Below, piece after piece: positions 59,246 to 64,000 of a stretch of DNA of 64,000 nt. The position numbers were made by a program, and so were the translations under genes. Every line of letters begins with the position of its first letter. Position 1 is the stretch's first letter. The stretch lies in the IMG/VR virus record IMGVR_UViG_3300006888_000001; one strand, 5' to 3'. This DNA comes from an uncultured virus (IMG/VR IMGVR_UViG_3300006888_000001) (taxonomy: Duplodnaviria; Heunggongvirae; Uroviricota; Caudoviricetes). The notes under the pieces were generated by a model. The model worked only from the letters and a program-made list of their open reading frames with translations, was not told the origin of the DNA and searched no databases.

Positions 59246-59505
59246 ACTCTGAAGAAATTTTGTTCAAACGCAGCGGGCGTAAGCGCGTTTACGGCGACCG
59301 GGTCAAGGTGACGTTTTTTCTGGATGAAACCATCCATGCCGAGATCGAAACCACCGGGCGCGCCATTGGGCTGAATTTGACGGAGTCGTTGCATTGCTGC
59401 CTGGTCTTGGGCTTGCCTTTGTTTGAGGCCTATCCGGAACTGACACCCGTATTACAGAATAAATTCAAAATAGAAACAACCGAAGAATCGGCTGAGCAGG
59501 ATTGA
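59242..59505 (+). CDS. Small regulator (ribbon-helix-helix-like)
   Basis: ATGA overlap; RVKVTFFLDE strand followed by helices. Confidence 0.55.
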   Translation: MNSEEILFKRSGRKRVYGDRVKVTFFLDETIHAEIETTGRAIGLNLTESLHCCLVLGLPLFEAYPELTPVLQNKFKIETTEESAEQD

Positions 59506-59596
59506 TTTTTCCGGTCGCGTCATTCTGAATTTACAGCCATTTTCTTTTTTTGACGTATTTTCGAATCAGCGTGCAAGGCTATTTGTTCAGAACAAA

Positions 59597-59950
59597 GTGG
59601 TCAAGGAGGGGCGTCTGAGACCCAGGGATTACGTCTTTGACAGGGCCAGGGCGATGATGGCGATGGCTGAGGCCTTGGCCTGCTGGGCACACGAGGATCC
59701 CCCGGTTGTCGGACTGGCGCTGCGACCCCTGCTCGAAGTCTTGCCGCCGTGCGTGTCCCGTAAGGAAGTTTCAACCCTGCTTGGCATCCCCGTGTCCGCC
59801 AAGACCCTGCGCAACCTTGATTCCTTGGGAAAGGGGCCGAGAATGCGTTTCAAGGACGAGTGTTCGGGGGCCGTGCTGTATCCGGCTCCGTTTCTGTTGG
59901 AATGGATCGAGAGAAGGGGCCTTGTGCTCCTGGTTGCAAAGACGATGTAG
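59597..59950 (+). CDS. AlpA/excisionase-like DNA-binding protein
   Basis: VSRKEVSTLLG..VSAKTLRNLDSLGKGP...VLY...LLEW. Confidence 0.6.
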   Translation: MVKEGRLRPRDYVFDRARAMMAMAEALACWAHEDPPVVGLALRPLLEVLPPCVSRKEVSTLLGIPVSAKTLRNLDSLGKGPRMRFKDECSGAVLYPAPFLLEWIERRGLVLLVAKTM

Positions 59951-60012
59951 ACCATCGCCTTGAAACGCTGGAACCGGCTAAAGATATTGTGTTCACAGGA
60001 GGATTACGTTGT

Positions 60013-60291
60013 ATGATGCACGAAGAAATTTTCCGGGAAGAAGTCCGCGCCGCCATCGGACAGATTGATTTTTCCAAGGTCAGCCGTCTTGCCGAATTGC
60101 AACAGAGGGTGACCCTTTCGGAAAAGGAAGTATCTGAACTGTATGGGTGGTCTACGCGGCTTCTGCAAGAGTGGCGCACCAAGGGGATTGGTCCGCGCTA
60201 TATCAAGGGGGCCATGAAAGTTACCTATCGGCGCTCCGATCTTGATGCATACGTTTCAGCTCAGGCGGTCAAGACACGTGACCAGCTGTAA
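60013..60291 (+). CDS. Excisionase-like HTH protein
   Basis: LSEKEVSELYG...WRTKGIGPRYIK...VTYRRSDLDAY; convergent with and overlapping int. Confidence 0.75.
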   Translation: MMHEEIFREEVRAAIGQIDFSKVSRLAELQQRVTLSEKEVSELYGWSTRLLQEWRTKGIGPRYIKGAMKVTYRRSDLDAYVSAQAVKTRDQL

Positions 60292-61381
60292 TCTTTCCAA
60301 TACGCAATGCTGCCGTCCGCGTGCCGGTAGGGCACAAGTGCGAGTATCGGCGAGTCATCGTTTCGTTCGAGTGACCGAGCAGGGAGCCGACAGTGTAAAG
60401 GGGCTCTCCGGCCTGCACCAACCAGCTGGCGAAAGTGTGGCGCAGGGTGTGAAAGACCACCTTGCCCAGGGGATCCGTGATCCCGTCATTGAGGCCGAGG
60501 GCGTCAACGGCCCGGCGGAAGCTGTCGCTGACCTCCGAGGCCTGCTTTCCGTTGCGATCCGGGAAGACGTAATTTCCGGGCGCGGGATTGATGCGACGGA
60601 AAATTTCTATGACAGCATCGGTCATGAAGGCCACTCTAGGCTTTCCCTTTTTGCCGTCGAGGATCTGGATGGTGCCGGAGTGCATGTCCAGGTGGAAGCC
60701 CTTGAGCCGGAAAAGTTCCCCGCGTCTCATGCCGGTGTGCAAAGAGACATCGCACAGGTTGCGCAGGGCAGGGGAGCGGCGGCCGAGTTCATCCATCAGA
60801 GCTGCTGCTTCGGGCACGGTCAGGAACCGAAAGCGCTCGTTGTGGACGTCCGGCATATCGAACTTGGGCATTTGGCCGGTCCACAGTCCCCAATCCTGGC
60901 ATTTGCGCATGATGCGGCGGAGCTGGGCCAGGACGTGCTTGACTGTCTGCGGCCCGAGGTCTTTTGCCTGCAGGTCCTTGGCCAGGCGATCGATGTCTGT
61001 GGCCGAGATTTCGTGCAGGCACCTTCGGCCCAAGGCTGGCTCTATGTGGTTTTTGAAGCGGCTCAGGTCCATGGGTTCGGATGGTCTGCCGGCGATATAG
61101 CCTTTGCGGTATTTCTCCCATGCATCTGCGATGGTCACAGGCGGGAGGTCTGTAGGCAGGGTGTCGGAGTGGCGCAGGGTTCGGATGCGTTCGCTCCTGA
61201 CTTGCGCGGCCAGGGCGGCGTTGATACCATCGCTTCGCCGGCCGACCTTCTCCCATTTCTTGCGCTGACCGATTTTGTATGTGATGTAAAAGCATGTGTC
61301 CGGCTTGCCCATGAAGGTGCGGCCTTCAGTGTCTCGCTGGTATACTCCGATGTGCTTGGTCTTCTTCCGGTCACCGCTCAT
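60269..61381 (-). CDS. int: Tyrosine integrase
   Basis: HTGMRRGEL, HTLRHTFAS, LGHS, RYSH catalytic motifs; adjacent to attR. Confidence 0.95.
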   Translation of the reverse strand: MSGDRKKTKHIGVYQRDTEGRTFMGKPDTCFYITYKIGQRKKWEKVGRRSDGINAALAAQVRSERIRTLRHSDTLPTDLPPVTIADAWEKYRKGYIAGRPSEPMDLSRFKNHIEPALGRRCLHEISATDIDRLAKDLQAKDLGPQTVKHVLAQLRRIMRKCQDWGLWTGQMPKFDMPDVHNERFRFLTVPEAAALMDELGRRSPALRNLCDVSLHTGMRRGELFRLKGFHLDMHSGTIQILDGKKGKPRVAFMTDAVIEIFRRINPAPGNYVFPDRNGKQASEVSDSFRRAVDALGLNDGITDPLGKVVFHTLRHTFASWLVQAGEPLYTVGSLLGHSNETMTRRYSHLCPTGTRTAALRIGKITAGHVS

Positions 61382-61411
61382 TTTTCTACCCTCCTGCTAC
61401 CCTGCGAGTGC
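61382..61411 (+). promoter_or_regulatory. Putative integrase arm-type binding sites (right arm), overlapping the int RBS
   Basis: TTTTcTACCCTcctGCTACCCTgcGAGTGC. Confidence 0.6.
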
Positions 61412-61508
61412 AAAAGTATGCGGTTTTCTGCCCTAGGCACAATTAGTACCAGCACTGAAATTACAGCAGGATACAGCAGAAAAAAGCATACGAGAAGGGC
61501 GTCCGGCC

Positions 61509-61556
61509 AGCCTCCGGAGCTAAAGGCCGCAAGTTCGATTCTTGCATTGCGCACCA
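61509..61556 (+). repeat. attR core
   Basis: Perfect 48-bp copy of 52..99. Confidence 0.95.
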
Positions 61557-61564
61557 GAGAAATC

Positions 61565-61598
61565 AAGGGCTTACAGAAACAACCTGTAAGCCCTTTTT
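61565..61598 (+). terminator. Terminator after attR
   Basis: AAGGGCTTACAG-AAACAAC-CTGTAAGCCCTT plus T run. Confidence 0.8.
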
Positions 61599-61821
61599 CT
61601 TTCCCCCACCATATCCCCCACCCGAAAGAGCCCGGCCAGCCTTGATTTCAGCGTGGTGGGGGAAGTCCCCCACTTTTGCTTCACCGGGCCACGGTCGCCA
61701 TGGTGCAAGACAATCTGCAGAAAGTTCCCCCACCTCCACAAAAAAACCGACCTCAACTATGAAGGCCGGGGAGTTTTCCTGCATGGCCAGAGGTCCACTT
61801 CTGCGTGGAAATAATCATTTT

Positions 61822-62274
61822 TTAAGCAAGTCGTCTTGGTTTGTTTATGATTCTGTTGCGCTTTTCCGCTTCGGGATCAAAAACATTTTGACAATTAGTA
61901 CACTGATAACATCCATTGCCAAGGGGATTAAGCATTATCATCTTTTCAACAACTTGTAAGCATTGTGGGCAATATGGTCCGTCAAGTTCGCCATTTTTAT
62001 TTTTGCTATATGGTAGTCTTGAAATCCATTCAATATTATTTTTAAATTCTAACAGTTTATTTAAAGTCTCAATTTCTTTGTTTTTAATTATTATTAACCC
62101 ATTTAATTTATTTATTTCATTCATAGCAACATTTAAATTCGTATATATTTCGCTTATTTTTGAATAAAGTTCTGCATTTTTACTTATGTTAATCATGCCT
62201 AGCAAGTTTGATGCGACATCTTTTGTATATTGCAATCCTGATATAACGGTGCTTGTAAGTCCTAATGCATCCAT
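61822..62274 (-). CDS. Coiled-coil plus C-terminal zinc-ribbon protein
   Basis: GGAGG RBS; GPYCPQC...YQCTNC; AT-rich. Confidence 0.7.
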   Translation of the reverse strand: MDALGLTSTVISGLQYTKDVASNLLGMINISKNAELYSKISEIYTNLNVAMNEINKLNGLIIIKNKEIETLNKLLEFKNNIEWISRLPYSKNKNGELDGPYCPQCLQVVEKMIMLNPLGNGCYQCTNCQNVFDPEAEKRNRIINKPRRLA

Positions 62275-62538
62275 AGGTTCCTCCAGTATAAATAATTGAT
62301 ATTGAACGATTTCTTTGTCCGGCTGATAGCATAGAAGTGGTGGAGATGCAGCAAAAAAAAGTGCTGTCCCCACCTTCCCCCACCAAAAAAAGCCCCCCAC
62401 CCGGCGAACCAGGCAGGGGGATATATTCTGGGCCAATTTGCCAACTTTTCGATGTTAGACATACTTTCCCTCTTGTCATTGTCTGTGAATGATGTGTATT
62501 CACACATTTTTTAAATCTGTGACGGAGAAATTGCAATC

Positions 62539-63372
62539 ATGGAAGAAGGAAAGAGATTTAGTCTTATATATTTAGATAAAGGTGCTCCGATTCAAGACAG
62601 CGAAAGGTTTAGAAGAAGAATTTATTCGTATATTAATCAAAATCACAGTTTATATGAACAAGATTTCGGAAAAAAAATCGAATTAGACACTGGATCAAAA
62701 GTACCATTTCTATTAAATTATGGATATTCGATAACTAAATTTTTCGAAAAAAATGAAATAAGAGATGTTTTAGATTCAATTACAATAATTAATGATATTT
62801 TGGTAATAAAACATGATAAACATGATAAATGGAAAGATTTTGTAAGCAAAGTTTTGAGGGAAGAAAATTTAGGATACATTCTTGATAAAAAAGGAGGTGT
62901 TCATTTTTATATTGATGAAGAATTTGAAAGGAACAGATTTTCGACTTTGTTAATGATTGACAAGCAAAAGTATGTTGCAGTTCGTTCTGCTTATGAAGAT
63001 GCTTATCGTCATTTTGATAGCAATCCTATTGATACAAAAGCAGCAGTTAGATCTTTGTTTGAGTCATTAGAAATACTTGTAAAGCAAATGGTTGTTGCGC
63101 AAAATTTGAATAAACGTATTGTAGAAAACGATTTAAAAAACAAATGCTTGCAGATATACAATGGCGATGAAACTGCAAAGTTAGCTGTTTCGGCGATGTT
63201 CGATTCCTTTGCCTTGTGGGTTAATGGTATCCATTTATACCGCCATGGCCAGGATGACGCCCAACCAGTGAGGCCGCCTATTGATCTTGCAATTTATATT
63301 ATGAGTAGCGGAAGTTCCTTTTTACGATGGTTGATTGAACTTAACGAAAAATTGATCGCGTTGGAACAATAA
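62539..63372 (+). CDS. Abi-like protein (AbiJ/Abi_C-type, HEPN-related C-terminus)
   Basis: RFSLIYL N-terminus, KAAVRSLFESLE, YRHG; AT-rich. Confidence 0.55.
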   Translation: MEEGKRFSLIYLDKGAPIQDSERFRRRIYSYINQNHSLYEQDFGKKIELDTGSKVPFLLNYGYSITKFFEKNEIRDVLDSITIINDILVIKHDKHDKWKDFVSKVLREENLGYILDKKGGVHFYIDEEFERNRFSTLLMIDKQKYVAVRSAYEDAYRHFDSNPIDTKAAVRSLFESLEILVKQMVVAQNLNKRIVENDLKNKCLQIYNGDETAKLAVSAMFDSFALWVNGIHLYRHGQDDAQPVRPPIDLAIYIMSSGSSFLRWLIELNEKLIALEQ

Positions 63373-63439
63373 TCCCGCCACTCTCCCCATCGCCATGTGG
63401 GCAGCAGGGGCGTCCTGTATCCAACGAACACCAGCACGA

Positions 63440-63919
63440 TCAGTATTTCCGAACCATCCCCGTCACCACGCCCCAGATATCCAGATCCTGCCCGGGTCTG
63501 ATGCGCAGAGGCTGAAAATCCTTGTTCTCAGGATCAAGCACCCAGTGTCCGGATTTTCTGTTCAGACGTCGGACGCACATCTCACCATTCACCACCGTGA
63601 CCACAATCATGCCATGCCTTGGCCCTATGGACCGGTCGACGATGAGAACATCTCCGTCGAGTATTCCGGCACCGGCCAGCGCGTCGTTCGTGACCCTCAC
63701 CATGAAAGTGTCTGGAGGGTTCCTGATCATGTACCTGTTGAGATCTAACTCGGCTTCGATGTAGTCGTCGGCAGGGGATGGGAAGCCGGCGGAAATACGA
63801 TCGAGATAAAGCGGCAAGGATATGACCTTGGCGTTCTCGCTGACTGCCTGGCCGACAATTTCAAACTGATTCAATTCAGGGTGATGAAACTTGACGATAG
63901 AAGCGGCACAGTTTTGCAT
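63440..63919 (-). CDS. umuD: UmuD-like S24 family protein
   Basis: ISAGFPSPADDYIE..LDLN, DGDVLIVDRS, IWGVV; no N-terminal HTH. Confidence 0.8.
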   Translation of the reverse strand: MQNCAASIVKFHHPELNQFEIVGQAVSENAKVISLPLYLDRISAGFPSPADDYIEAELDLNRYMIRNPPDTFMVRVTNDALAGAGILDGDVLIVDRSIGPRHGMIVVTVVNGEMCVRRLNRKSGHWVLDPENKDFQPLRIRPGQDLDIWGVVTGMVRKY

Positions 63920-64000
63920 GGAGAACCTGCTTGATATGGAGATAGAGCGATGGAGAATTTGTTACATGGAAAACGGTAGACATCAAACGACAAATTCTTC

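Larger units (their letters stand above)
52..61556. mobile_element. Integrated prophage (~61.5 kb), podovirus-like with N4-gp56-type capsid
   Basis: 48-bp direct repeat of the tRNA 3' end at both ends; integrase next to attR; replication, packaging, capsid, tail, lysis and immunity modules all present. Confidence 0.95.

Noticed and set aside
60242..61645. 467-aa plus-strand ORF across int and attR
   Set aside because: Antisense shadow of the integrase that runs through the att site; no motifs

Overview
Almost the whole window (52..61556, about 61.5 kb) is one apparently complete temperate prophage with podovirus-like structural genes. It is integrated in the 3' end of a tRNA-Arg(CCG) gene and bounded by a perfect 48-bp att repeat. 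Gene order from attL: DnaB, a lambda-O-like initiator with internal iterons, a serine recombinase, terminase, portal, scaffold, N4-gp56-type capsid, tail/fibre genes with an embedded lysis cassette, probable ejection proteins, and a 4228-aa polyvalent protein (SF2 helicase, N6-adenine methylase, JAB/RadC, zincin, BECR-like nuclease, ADP-ribosyltransferase). A roughly 14-kb mostly AT-rich accessory/defence island follows (ApeA-like HEPN, PLD nuclease, fused R-M plus S subunit plus HEPN, RuvC-like protein plus Ser/Thr kinase), then cI/cro, xis and a tyrosine integrase. Past attR is the start of what looks like a second tandem island. The most striking feature is a hidden layer inside the giant gene. 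Four small ORFs with strong Shine-Dalgarno sites are nested in the +1 frame, three of them directly in front of a recognisable catalytic domain. Two copies of an antisense promoter-structured RNA-U-tract unit lie behind the nuclease and ART domains. All calls come from motif reading by eye; no searches were run.
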